Positions 19,532-27,884 of a DNA stretch of 64,000 nucleotides are shown here, one piece after another. The notes below the pieces were generated by a model. That model had not been told where the DNA came from, searched no databases, and saw only the letters and a list, made by a program, of their open reading frames with translations. How positions within the stretch are numbered: the stretch's first letter is position 1; every line of letters starts with the position of its first letter. The DNA is from Nitrososphaeria archaeon (GTDB lineage Archaea; Thermoproteota; Nitrososphaeria; JACIWG01), in the NCBI GenBank assembly GCA_050011875.1, contig JBEKIG010000012.1, forward strand, positions 1-64,000, written 5' to 3'. The position numbers and the translations under genes were made by a program.

Positions 19532-19543
19532 GGTGTAAAAGGA

Positions 19544-20239
19544 ATGAGTAGTAAATTTACAAGTGTCCGTTTAACAGCGAATGGGGAACGTTTTGAGCTC
19601 CTTGTCCGTCCTGATCCAGCTCTTAACTACAAAACAGGTAAACCCTTAGAGCTCTCCCAAATAATAGGCATAGAAGAGATATTTTCAGATTCAGCTAAGG
19701 GGCTGCGTGTTTCTGAAGATAAACTAAAAAAGGTTTTTCATACCACTGATTTCTATACTATTGCAGAAACCATCCTTAAAAAGGGTGAGCTTCAACTAAC
19801 TTTAGAGCAAAGAAGGAAGCTTATAGAAGAAAAGAAGAAGGCAATAATTGCAATACTGTCAAAAAATTTCGTTGATCCAAGAACGAATTCTCCTCATCCA
19901 CCAACCAGATTTGAACAGGCTCTAGAACAGGTTCATTTGTCAATAGATCCATTCCGCCCTGCAGAAGAACAACTTCAGAATGTTGTGGACGCGCTGCGTC
20001 CAGTAATGCCATTAAAATCACAGAATGTAATTCTTCAAATAAAGGTTCCTGCTCAGTATTCATCCAAGTCCATTGGTCTCCTCAAGTCTTTTGGAAAACT
20101 CTCTAAAGAACATTGGCTTCCTGACGGCTCATATACGGTTGAACTAGAAATCCCAGCCGGTTTACATCCTGCCCTTATCGAGAAGCTTGGTTCACTAACA
20201 AAAGGTGAAACCGAAGTTAACGTGGTGGCGAGGAAGTGA
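19544..20239 (+). CDS. SBDS/SDO1 ribosome maturation factor
   Basis: GERFELLV, KGELQLTLEQRRK, DPRTNSPHPPTR. Confidence 0.94.
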   Translation: MSSKFTSVRLTANGERFELLVRPDPALNYKTGKPLELSQIIGIEEIFSDSAKGLRVSEDKLKKVFHTTDFYTIAETILKKGELQLTLEQRRKLIEEKKKAIIAILSKNFVDPRTNSPHPPTRFEQALEQVHLSIDPFRPAEEQLQNVVDALRPVMPLKSQNVILQIKVPAQYSSKSIGLLKSFGKLSKEHWLPDGSYTVELEIPAGLHPALIEKLGSLTKGETEVNVVARK

Positions 20240-20246
20240 TTCTAGA

Positions 20247-20924
20247 ATGACGGTTGTTCGGTCAAAAGTTCTACCTGGTGATCTCATTGGAGACGTACCT
20301 CCAGGGCCTCTGCCCTTTAACACTTATAGGGTTGGAAACAAACTCTACTCATTAAAGGTCGGACTAGCGGAAGTTGAAGATAAAGAAGTAAAGTTCATTC
20401 CTCTCTCAGGGCCCTATATTCCACGGGTAGATGATTTCGTTATCGGGACTGTAGTCGATCTTAATGCTTTTACTTGGGATGTCGACATCAACTCCTTGTA
20501 TATGGCTCATCTTCCAGCACAAGATGTCTTTGGAAGAAATTTCTCATCTGTATCAAATTCTTTAACTGAACAGTTTAGCGTTGGTGACATGATGATCGCA
20601 AAGATTGTAACATATGATAGGACAAGGGATCCGTTGTTGACGATCCGCGAACCTGGACTCGGTAAAGTATTAAGAGGCGAGCCTGTCAAGCTTTCTTCTT
20701 CGAAGATTCCACGGCTAATCGGCAAAAAGGGTTCGATGGCTAAAATCATCGAATCAAAGACAAAGACAAAGCTGTTTATCGGACAGAATGGTATTATAAT
20801 TGTTCAAGGTCCTCCTGACGGAATAGTCTTAGCAATTAGAGCTATTCGATTGATAGAAGAAAAGTCGCACGTCGCCTCCCTTACAAATATGATTAATGAA
20901 TTATTGTCAAAAGAGGGTGTTTAA
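20247..20924 (+). CDS. rrp4: Exosome subunit Rrp4
   Basis: VLPGD, YIPRVDDFVIG (S1), IPRLIGKKGSM (KH). ATG at 20247 preferred. Confidence 0.92.
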   Translation: MTVVRSKVLPGDLIGDVPPGPLPFNTYRVGNKLYSLKVGLAEVEDKEVKFIPLSGPYIPRVDDFVIGTVVDLNAFTWDVDINSLYMAHLPAQDVFGRNFSSVSNSLTEQFSVGDMMIAKIVTYDRTRDPLLTIREPGLGKVLRGEPVKLSSSKIPRLIGKKGSMAKIIESKTKTKLFIGQNGIIIVQGPPDGIVLAIRAIRLIEEKSHVASLTNMINELLSKEGV

Positions 20925-20925
20925 C

Positions 20926-21645
20926 ATGGGAGAATTGATCGCGGAAAATGGTATACGCCTTGATGGGCGTAAGTTAGACGAACTAAGACCTGTAAAGATT
21001 GAGGTAGGAGTAATAAAGAATGCGGATGGTTCAGCGTACATAGAATTCGGCAATAACAAGATTGTCGCTGCAGTTTATGGACCTCGAGAAGCGCATCCAA
21101 AGCACCTTTCTCTTCCAGATAAGGCGTTCATTAGATGCAGATATCATATGTCACCGTTTTCCACAGAAGAAAGGAAGCCGCCACAACCAACAAGAAGAGA
21201 AATTGAAATTTCGCTAGTTTTACGCAGAGCCATGGAATGTGCTGTCTTCCTAGAAGAGTATCCGAGGTCAATAATTGACGTCTATGTTGAAGTTCTTCAG
21301 TCTGATGGTGGCTCTCGATGTGCTAGTATTACCGCGGTATCTGCTGCTTTAGCGGATAGTGGTATAGCAATGCATGATCTAGTAGTTGGTTGTGCCGTAG
21401 GAAAGGCAGATGATCAAATAATCTTGGACTTAAGCGATAAGGAAGACAAGGAAGGTCAGGGTGATATTCCTGTTGCATATATGCCAAATCTAGATAGGAT
21501 TACCCTACTCCAATTTGATGGAATATTCACTGAAGAGGAGTTCAAGAAGGCTATCGAACTAGCGATTATAGGAAACAAGAAAGTCTATGAAATCTTAAGG
21601 AACGCGTTAACAGAAAAGTACTTTAAATTAGGAGAGGAAAAATAA
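20926..21645 (+). CDS. rrp41: Exosome subunit Rrp41
   Basis: RLDGRKLDELRP, ADGSAYIE, YGPRE, VLQSDGGSRCASI. Confidence 0.96.
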   Translation: MGELIAENGIRLDGRKLDELRPVKIEVGVIKNADGSAYIEFGNNKIVAAVYGPREAHPKHLSLPDKAFIRCRYHMSPFSTEERKPPQPTRREIEISLVLRRAMECAVFLEEYPRSIIDVYVEVLQSDGGSRCASITAVSAALADSGIAMHDLVVGCAVGKADDQIILDLSDKEDKEGQGDIPVAYMPNLDRITLLQFDGIFTEEEFKKAIELAIIGNKKVYEILRNALTEKYFKLGEEK

Positions 21646-22461
21646 ATGTCTCTTAAAAAATCTCCAATAGTAGAGAACCTAAGAAAGACACAGATGCTTG
21701 ATCTAATGTCAAAGCAGAAAAGAGTTGATGGAAGAGCGTTTAATGAATATCGTCCAATTACGATAAAGCTGAATCCAATACAGAAGGCTAACGGCTCAGC
21801 AGAAGTATCTATAGGTAATACAAAGGTGATCGCGGGAGTCAAAATAGCAACTGGGACACCTTTCCCTGATACACCAGATCAGGGTCTCTTAGTGGTCAAC
21901 GCAGAATTTCTTCCATTATCTTCCCCATTGATCGAACCTGGTCCACCCGACGAAGATTCAATAGAAGTTTCAAGGGTAGTGGATCGTGGAATAAGGGAGT
22001 CCCAAATGCTGGACCTGAACGCTTTAGTGATAGAAACAGGGAAATTAGTCAACTGTGTATTCGTTGATGTAGATATATTGAACATGGATGGAAATCTCTT
22101 TGATGTAGCTTTCATAGCAGCCGCTTTGTCGCTTGCTACCGCGAAATTTGATAAGAAGATAGTGAAGGAGGATGGAACAGAAGAAACCCAGAAGGTATCG
22201 TTGCCATTACGTTTGATCCCAGTGTCTGTTACATCAATAACAATCGGCGATAACATAATACTTGACCCAACTGCAGAAGAAGATTCTGTGCTTGATTCTA
22301 GGATGACAATAACCTTCGATGAACAAGGACATATATGCGCAGGGCAAAAAGGCGGATCTGTCGGTCTTCCTGTGGAACAGTTATTTAAAATAGTTAGCAT
22401 TTCCAAGGCTAAGGCAGAAGAAATACTGTTGATGATTAAGAAAGTGGTGGAGAATGCCTAA
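21646..22461 (+). CDS. rrp42: Exosome subunit Rrp42
   Basis: RVDGRAFNEYR, PFPDTPDQG, EPGPPDE, RVVDRGIRES. Confidence 0.96.
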   Translation: MSLKKSPIVENLRKTQMLDLMSKQKRVDGRAFNEYRPITIKLNPIQKANGSAEVSIGNTKVIAGVKIATGTPFPDTPDQGLLVVNAEFLPLSSPLIEPGPPDEDSIEVSRVVDRGIRESQMLDLNALVIETGKLVNCVFVDVDILNMDGNLFDVAFIAAALSLATAKFDKKIVKEDGTEETQKVSLPLRLIPVSVTSITIGDNIILDPTAEEDSVLDSRMTITFDEQGHICAGQKGGSVGLPVEQLFKIVSISKAKAEEILLMIKKVVENA

Positions 22462-22666
22462 AGCAAAAACACCAAGAACCACTAAAGGACTAGGTCCACG
22501 CTACGGTTCTACGGTTAGAAAACGCGTTTCTAAGGCTGTAACTGTTCTCAGGCAAGTTAGGCAGTGCCCATCATGTGGTTCTGAAAGATTTAAGAGAACT
22601 AGTGTTGGTATATGGGCTTGTAAAAAATGTGGTTACGTAGTTGCAGGTGGAGCTTACGAACTATAG
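22454..22666 (+). CDS. rpl37ae: Ribosomal protein eL43 (L37Ae)
   Basis: GPRYGSTVRKR, CPSC, GIWACKKC, AGGAY. Confidence 0.95.
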   Translation: MPKAKTPRTTKGLGPRYGSTVRKRVSKAVTVLRQVRQCPSCGSERFKRTSVGIWACKKCGYVVAGGAYEL

Positions 22667-22682
22667 AATTTGGTGATATGAC

Positions 22683-23054
22683 ATGAGTGAAGAAATCCCT
22701 CCATGGTTAAAAGAAAGGCTTGCAAGATTTGAAGAAACCCAGAGAAACTTTCAATCGGTTCAGATACAGAAGAGGCAGGTCGAACTAGAAATCAACGATG
22801 TCGAACACGCTCTAAGTGAACTCAAGAAGACGGCAGATGAAGATCTCACGTACAGATTTTCAGGTCAGATATTGATTAAGGTTAACAAAGATGATCTTCT
22901 TAAGGAGCTAGAAGAAAAATTGGAGCTAGACAAGACAAGGACAACAATCTTGGCAAGGCAAGAAGAGAAGCTTAAACAAAGTCTCGCTGAAATTCAAAGC
23001 AAAATAAGTGGTGCACTTTCAAATCAGCCTAATCAGGGTTTGAAAGAAAGCTAA
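22683..23054 (+). CDS. pfdB: Prefoldin beta subunit
   Basis: EIPPWL start, coiled coils, YRFSGQILIK hairpin. Confidence 0.9.
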   Translation: MSEEIPPWLKERLARFEETQRNFQSVQIQKRQVELEINDVEHALSELKKTADEDLTYRFSGQILIKVNKDDLLKELEEKLELDKTRTTILARQEEKLKQSLAEIQSKISGALSNQPNQGLKES

Positions 23055-23056
23055 GC

Positions 23057-24070
23057 ATGGAATCTCTTTTTTCTAATATAGATCGTCTTGAATTACTGAC
23101 AGTTAAGAGGGTTTTCATTGTTACACATAGGCTTGGCGATGTGGACGCTTTCTGTGCAACATATGCCTTAAATTTTCTTTTAAAGAAAAAGAAGCCATCG
23201 ATACAAATTGGTTTCATATTTCCAGGCGGTCTAGACTCTAAAGCTGAAGATCTTAGGAAGTACTTCCCAGTAGAATCGTCAGAAACAAAGGTCTTCGACA
23301 AATCTGACTTTGTAATCGTGGTTGACACCGGTTCTCCCAAACTACTAGACGAGTACTTTGAAATTCTAAAAAATACTGTGGCTCAAAAGCTATTAATAGA
23401 CCATCATCCAATACAGGAAGAAAGTAAGCTCTTTTACAATTACCTTTATGTTGATCAGGAGACTACCTCTTCTTCTGAAATGGTTCTCACATTATTTAGG
23501 AAGTATTTTGTCGCTCTCCCATCTGATATGTCAAACCTCCTTTTGTTAGGGGTCCTTTTCGATACGAGACATCTTCTGGTGGCGCATGAAGAGACTATAA
23601 AGAACGTTTCATTTTTAATAGAATCGGGGGCTAGATTAAATTGGGGTCAAAACCTTATCACACATAAACATGATCGCTCGGAGGTTATCGCTAAACTAAA
23701 ATCACTGTCAAGACTTAGTCTATATGAAGCTGGCGAAATAATAGTAGCTATTGTCAAGGTCGGATCATTCCATGTATCAGTCGCAAATTTTCTCGTTGGC
23801 GTAGGCTGTGATATTGTGATAGCTTATGGGAAAGAGGACAGTCTGCTTAAAGGAAGTATCAGATGCTCTATCGAAGTAGGTAGGAACGAACTGGTCGCAC
23901 TAAACGTTCTAGCTGAAACTCTTGGGAAGACATTTAATGGCGTTGGGGGAGGTCACAGGCTAGCCTCTTCCTTTAATATTCAATCCGATGAAAACGAGTT
24001 TATTTCGACAGCTCTTAATTTAATTGAGAGTATGTTATCTAAAAAAATAAGGAAACTACCATTAAAATAG
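23057..24070 (+). CDS. DHH/DHHA1 phosphoesterase (NrnA-like)
   Basis: THRLGDVDA, VVDT, IDHH, GGGHRLA. Confidence 0.87.
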   Translation: MESLFSNIDRLELLTVKRVFIVTHRLGDVDAFCATYALNFLLKKKKPSIQIGFIFPGGLDSKAEDLRKYFPVESSETKVFDKSDFVIVVDTGSPKLLDEYFEILKNTVAQKLLIDHHPIQEESKLFYNYLYVDQETTSSSEMVLTLFRKYFVALPSDMSNLLLLGVLFDTRHLLVAHEETIKNVSFLIESGARLNWGQNLITHKHDRSEVIAKLKSLSRLSLYEAGEIIVAIVKVGSFHVSVANFLVGVGCDIVIAYGKEDSLLKGSIRCSIEVGRNELVALNVLAETLGKTFNGVGGGHRLASSFNIQSDENEFISTALNLIESMLSKKIRKLPLK

Positions 24071-24104
24071 TAATATCCTTTTATATTGTATTTTTGTCTG
24101 CTAT

Positions 24105-24965
24105 GTGGAAACGTTGGCCCCTCCAATACAGTTTATTGACTTCAGCTTTTCCTATCTAGGATCATCCGCCCCTATTCTGAAGAATATCAATTTGGAAATT
24201 AACGAAGGTGAGTTTGTCCTATTAGTAGGCCCAAGCGGTTGTGGAAAGTCAACTCTATTGAGATGTGTTAATGGCCTTATCCCTCATTTATACAATGGAG
24301 TATATCAGGGTAAGGTCATCGTAGACGGGGAAATTGTGTCTGAAAAAAGTGTTAGTGAGTTAGCGACGAAGGTTGGTTTTGTCTTTCAGAACCCTGAAAA
24401 CCAGATTTTTATGTTTACTGTCGAAAAGGACATCGTCTTTGGTCTAGAGAATATAAGGGTTGATAGGGAAGAAATAAGTAGACGAATTTCTTGGGTTCTA
24501 AAGACATTAAATATAGAGCATTTAAAAGATCGAGCTCCTTACGAGCTATCGGATGGACAGAAACAGAGGGTTGCGATTGCAGGAACGCTTGTTATGAATC
24601 CGAAGATATTGATACTTGATGAACCTACATCCCTTTTAGATCCCCGAACGGCCTACGACTTTATTCTTACACTGAAAAGGTTGAATAAAGAACTTGGTAT
24701 AACAGTAATTGTTGTAGAACACAGAATCGACTTACTTACAAATGTTGCGGACAGAATTGTCGTTATGGATAATGGAAAGATCATGCATGACGGTCCTTTA
24801 AGAGACATAATAAAGCTGAAAGATCTGTATCTTTACGGTGTCTCTGTTCCTCCGATAATAGCGCTGCAAAACAGTCTTTCTGAATCTCAAATAAAACTAC
24901 CAAACTTTTGTTTGAATGTTAAAGACTTTGCCAAAATGGTAAAAGAAGAGGTTTCTAGTAAATGA
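24105..24965 (+). CDS. ECF transporter ATPase A
   Basis: GPSGCGKST, FQNPENQ, LSDGQKQR, LDEP. Confidence 0.9.
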   Translation: METLAPPIQFIDFSFSYLGSSAPILKNINLEINEGEFVLLVGPSGCGKSTLLRCVNGLIPHLYNGVYQGKVIVDGEIVSEKSVSELATKVGFVFQNPENQIFMFTVEKDIVFGLENIRVDREEISRRISWVLKTLNIEHLKDRAPYELSDGQKQRVAIAGTLVMNPKILILDEPTSLLDPRTAYDFILTLKRLNKELGITVIVVEHRIDLLTNVADRIVVMDNGKIMHDGPLRDIIKLKDLYLYGVSVPPIIALQNSLSESQIKLPNFCLNVKDFAKMVKEEVSSK

Positions 24966-25783
24966 TAGAAATCGATTCTCTCTACTTCAAGTATCCGATG
25001 GCAAAAGATAACATCTTAAAGAACATTAATCTAAAAATTGGTTTAGGTGAAGCTGTTGCTATAATGGGCAGCAATGGTTCTGGAAAAACTACTCTTATAA
25101 AGCATTTTAATGGTTTGCTCAAGCCTAATGAAGGTTCTGTCAAGGTTTTTGGGAAAGATACCCGTGATGAATCAGTGGCTTTCCTCTCAAAGAGGGTTGG
25201 TCTGGTTTTTCAAAATTCCGGACATCAGATATTTTCTGATACAGTTTGGAATGAGTTAGCCTTTGCACTGAAGAACTTTAACTTAGAAGAAGAGGTTATA
25301 AATAAGAGGGTTAAATGGGCTCTGGAGTTTTTTAACTTAACACAATATAAGGACACTTCTCCGCTTCTCCTAAGTGGTGGTGAAAAGAAGAGGTTATGTC
25401 TAGCATCCGTTCTAGCTTGGAATCCAGATTATGTTATTCTAGACGAGCCTACAGTTGGCCAAGATTTTCTTCAAAAGGAAAAACTTAGGGAAGTTATCAA
25501 GATGTTGATTACACAGAATAAATCGGTTATAATAGTATCGCATGATGTCGAATTCGTATGGCTTCTGCAACCGAGATCGGTTTTGTTGTCTAACGGTGAA
25601 GTGGTCAAAGACGATAAATGTATTAACGTCTTCAAGGACAAAGATTCTCTAGAGAGATGCGAAATAATAAATCCTCAGTTCGTTGAGCTCCAAGAAGAGC
25701 TTTCCACTTTGATCTCAAGTCCTCCGATAGACGTTCTTGAATCAAGAGCCGTTCTCTTGAATCTTTTCAAGGAGGATACGTAA
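24962..25783 (+). CDS. ECF transporter ATPase A'
   Basis: GSNGSGKTT, LSGGEKKR, LDEPTVGQD. Confidence 0.9.
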   Translation: MIEIDSLYFKYPMAKDNILKNINLKIGLGEAVAIMGSNGSGKTTLIKHFNGLLKPNEGSVKVFGKDTRDESVAFLSKRVGLVFQNSGHQIFSDTVWNELAFALKNFNLEEEVINKRVKWALEFFNLTQYKDTSPLLLSGGEKKRLCLASVLAWNPDYVILDEPTVGQDFLQKEKLREVIKMLITQNKSVIIVSHDVEFVWLLQPRSVLLSNGEVVKDDKCINVFKDKDSLERCEIINPQFVELQEELSTLISSPPIDVLESRAVLLNLFKEDT

Positions 25784-25785
25784 TC

Positions 25786-26520
25786 TTGTTCTGGCTTGCT
25801 CAAGGCTTAATCTACCGAAGTCAGAAAAGCCCTTTCCATTCACTTGATCCGAGGATCAAATTGTTTTTCTCAATAATGTTGTTTTCACTATCATTATTAA
25901 GTGGCACGATACTAGAATTTATTGTAATCCTATCAATAATCCTCCTCATAGGACTTGTCTCTAAGGTTATTAAGAGGATGGCTAAGACAATAGTTTTTTC
26001 GGCTTCCTTTTTAGTTCTTATATTTATAATAGATATATTGGTTGGATATAGCATACTCTTCTCCGTAATAGTATGCTTGAGATTCGTCTCTGTGGTCTCT
26101 TCTTCTTCTATATTCTTCTTAACCACATCTCCCGACGAACTTGAGCTTGTAATGAAAACATTCCGTTTACCATATGATCTGATTTTTGCTTTTGTGACCG
26201 CGGTACGATTTGTCCCTGTAATAATGCTTGATGCACTTCAGATCTTGGATTCCCAAAAATCAAGGGGTCTAGAAATAGAGAAAGGTAACATAATGAAGAG
26301 AATAAGGAACTATCTTCCTGTTCTGGTTCCTTTGATAGTTCAGTCAATAATCAGAAGTGAAGAGCTTGCTGAAGCAATGGAGTCAAGGGCGTACGGTTTC
26401 TCCAAGAAAAAGACATCATATTATTCTTTACATCTTAGGAAAAGGGACTACCTAGCTTCTGTTCTATGTTTGATTTTCATAATACAGTTTATAATACTCG
26501 TATACTTCTTGCACATATAG
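25786..26520 (+). CDS. ECF transporter transmembrane component EcfT
   Basis: LDPRIKL, RFVP, SQKSRG, AMESRAY. Confidence 0.9.
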   Translation: MFWLAQGLIYRSQKSPFHSLDPRIKLFFSIMLFSLSLLSGTILEFIVILSIILLIGLVSKVIKRMAKTIVFSASFLVLIFIIDILVGYSILFSVIVCLRFVSVVSSSSIFFLTTSPDELELVMKTFRLPYDLIFAFVTAVRFVPVIMLDALQILDSQKSRGLEIEKGNIMKRIRNYLPVLVPLIVQSIIRSEELAEAMESRAYGFSKKKTSYYSLHLRKRDYLASVLCLIFIIQFIILVYFLHI

Positions 26521-26523
26521 AAG

Positions 26524-27195
26524 ATGGGTATGAGCTACATTATCGTGGATCACAGAGAGTCCAAGTCTTCGGTGCCATTTCTGTTAAAGGAAATGGGCAT
26601 CAGAGTTGAATTCAAATTTTTGGAAATTGGTGATTACATTATAAACTCTGAAATAGCTGTTGAAAGGAAGACTCTACACGATTTTATTTCCTCTCTATTT
26701 GATGGCCGCCTATTTCAACAGGTAGACCGTCTCTCATCAAATTACTCTTCACCTTTTCTGATAGTTGAAGGGAACTATAGCGAAATTGAGGTATACGTTC
26801 AAAATCCGAAGTCAGTATACGGTGCATTAGTGTCCCTTCTGTTGATCTATAGGATCAATTTGATCAATGTACCTTCTGAAAGAGAAACAGCTGTTGTGCT
26901 GTCTTCATTAGCTAAACAATTTTCTAGGAAGCCCTCTTATTCCATAAAACATGCAAAGAAAGAAAGCTTCATAGACCAACAGATTTACGTTATTTCTTCT
27001 CTGCCAAGTGTGGGAAAAACGATTGCCACCAGGCTCCTGGAGCAGTTTGGTTCACCAAAGGAAGTTTTCCTAGCCTCTACTGACGAACTTGCAAAAATTA
27101 AAGGCTTAGGGCCTAAAAGAGCAAGAGAAATAAGATCATTGCTTGATACTTCATGGAAAAGATACAGAAATTACTTCGAAAACATAGGCAAATAA
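26524..27195 (+). CDS. xpf: Short-form XPF/ERCC4 endonuclease with HhH2
   Basis: VDHRE, GDY, VERKT, DGRLF, C-terminal HhH pair. Confidence 0.9.
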   Translation: MGMSYIIVDHRESKSSVPFLLKEMGIRVEFKFLEIGDYIINSEIAVERKTLHDFISSLFDGRLFQQVDRLSSNYSSPFLIVEGNYSEIEVYVQNPKSVYGALVSLLLIYRINLINVPSERETAVVLSSLAKQFSRKPSYSIKHAKKESFIDQQIYVISSLPSVGKTIATRLLEQFGSPKEVFLASTDELAKIKGLGPKRAREIRSLLDTSWKRYRNYFENIGK

Positions 27196-27227
27196 CCTTT
27201 TTATTCTCTTAAAATCAACCAAAAAAC

Positions 27228-27830
27228 ATGAGCAATAATAGCACAAAGGTCAAAGACAAGGCTATTATTCTCTTAGACGTAATCAAGGAAAATTTATCTC
27301 AACTTGAAGAAAAAGAAGTTGAACAGTTCATCGAAATTCTGAAATCCCATAAAAATAATAAACTCCTAATCATGGGTGCAGGAAGAAGTGGACTTGTCGG
27401 ACGGGCCTTCGCAATGCGTTTGCTTCACCTAGGCTTTAATGCATTCGTCCTCGGAGATACAATCGTGCCTTCAATAGACAAGGACGACCTAGTTATTGCT
27501 ATATCTGGCTCTGGTTCTACGAAATTGATTGTTACAGCTGCTCAAGCAGCTCAACAAGTTGGCGCTAAAATTGTATCCTTAACGTCTTATCCTTCTTCGC
27601 CACTTGCTAAACTATCAACTCATACGGTGCTTCTTAGAGGTCGAATAGAAGTGTCTACAAAAGACTATTTTGCAAGGCAGATATTAGGTTTGCATGAACC
27701 TCTAGCCCCTCTCGGCACTGTCTTTGAGGATAGCGCGATGTTGCTTCTGGATTCTGTCATAGCATCATTGATGGTGCAACTTAATGTTGAAGAGGCAGAG
27801 ATGCGTAGGAGGCATGCCAACATCGAATAG
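27228..27830 (+). CDS. hxlB: 6-phospho-3-hexuloisomerase (SIS fold)
   Basis: GAGRSGLV, AMRLLHLG, ISGSGST, PLGTVFE, HANIE. Confidence 0.9.
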   Translation: MSNNSTKVKDKAIILLDVIKENLSQLEEKEVEQFIEILKSHKNNKLLIMGAGRSGLVGRAFAMRLLHLGFNAFVLGDTIVPSIDKDDLVIAISGSGSTKLIVTAAQAAQQVGAKIVSLTSYPSSPLAKLSTHTVLLRGRIEVSTKDYFARQILGLHEPLAPLGTVFEDSAMLLLDSVIASLMVQLNVEEAEMRRRHANIE

Positions 27831-27884
27831 ATTTACCAAAATCTTTTAAAAGTATCTGTTTAGTGGTTTAGTGTATGATTTACT

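Noticed and set aside
21879-22406. Long antisense ORFs (also 42102..42620, 63203..63979 and others)
   Set aside because: They lie opposite well-conserved genes and show no protein motifs.
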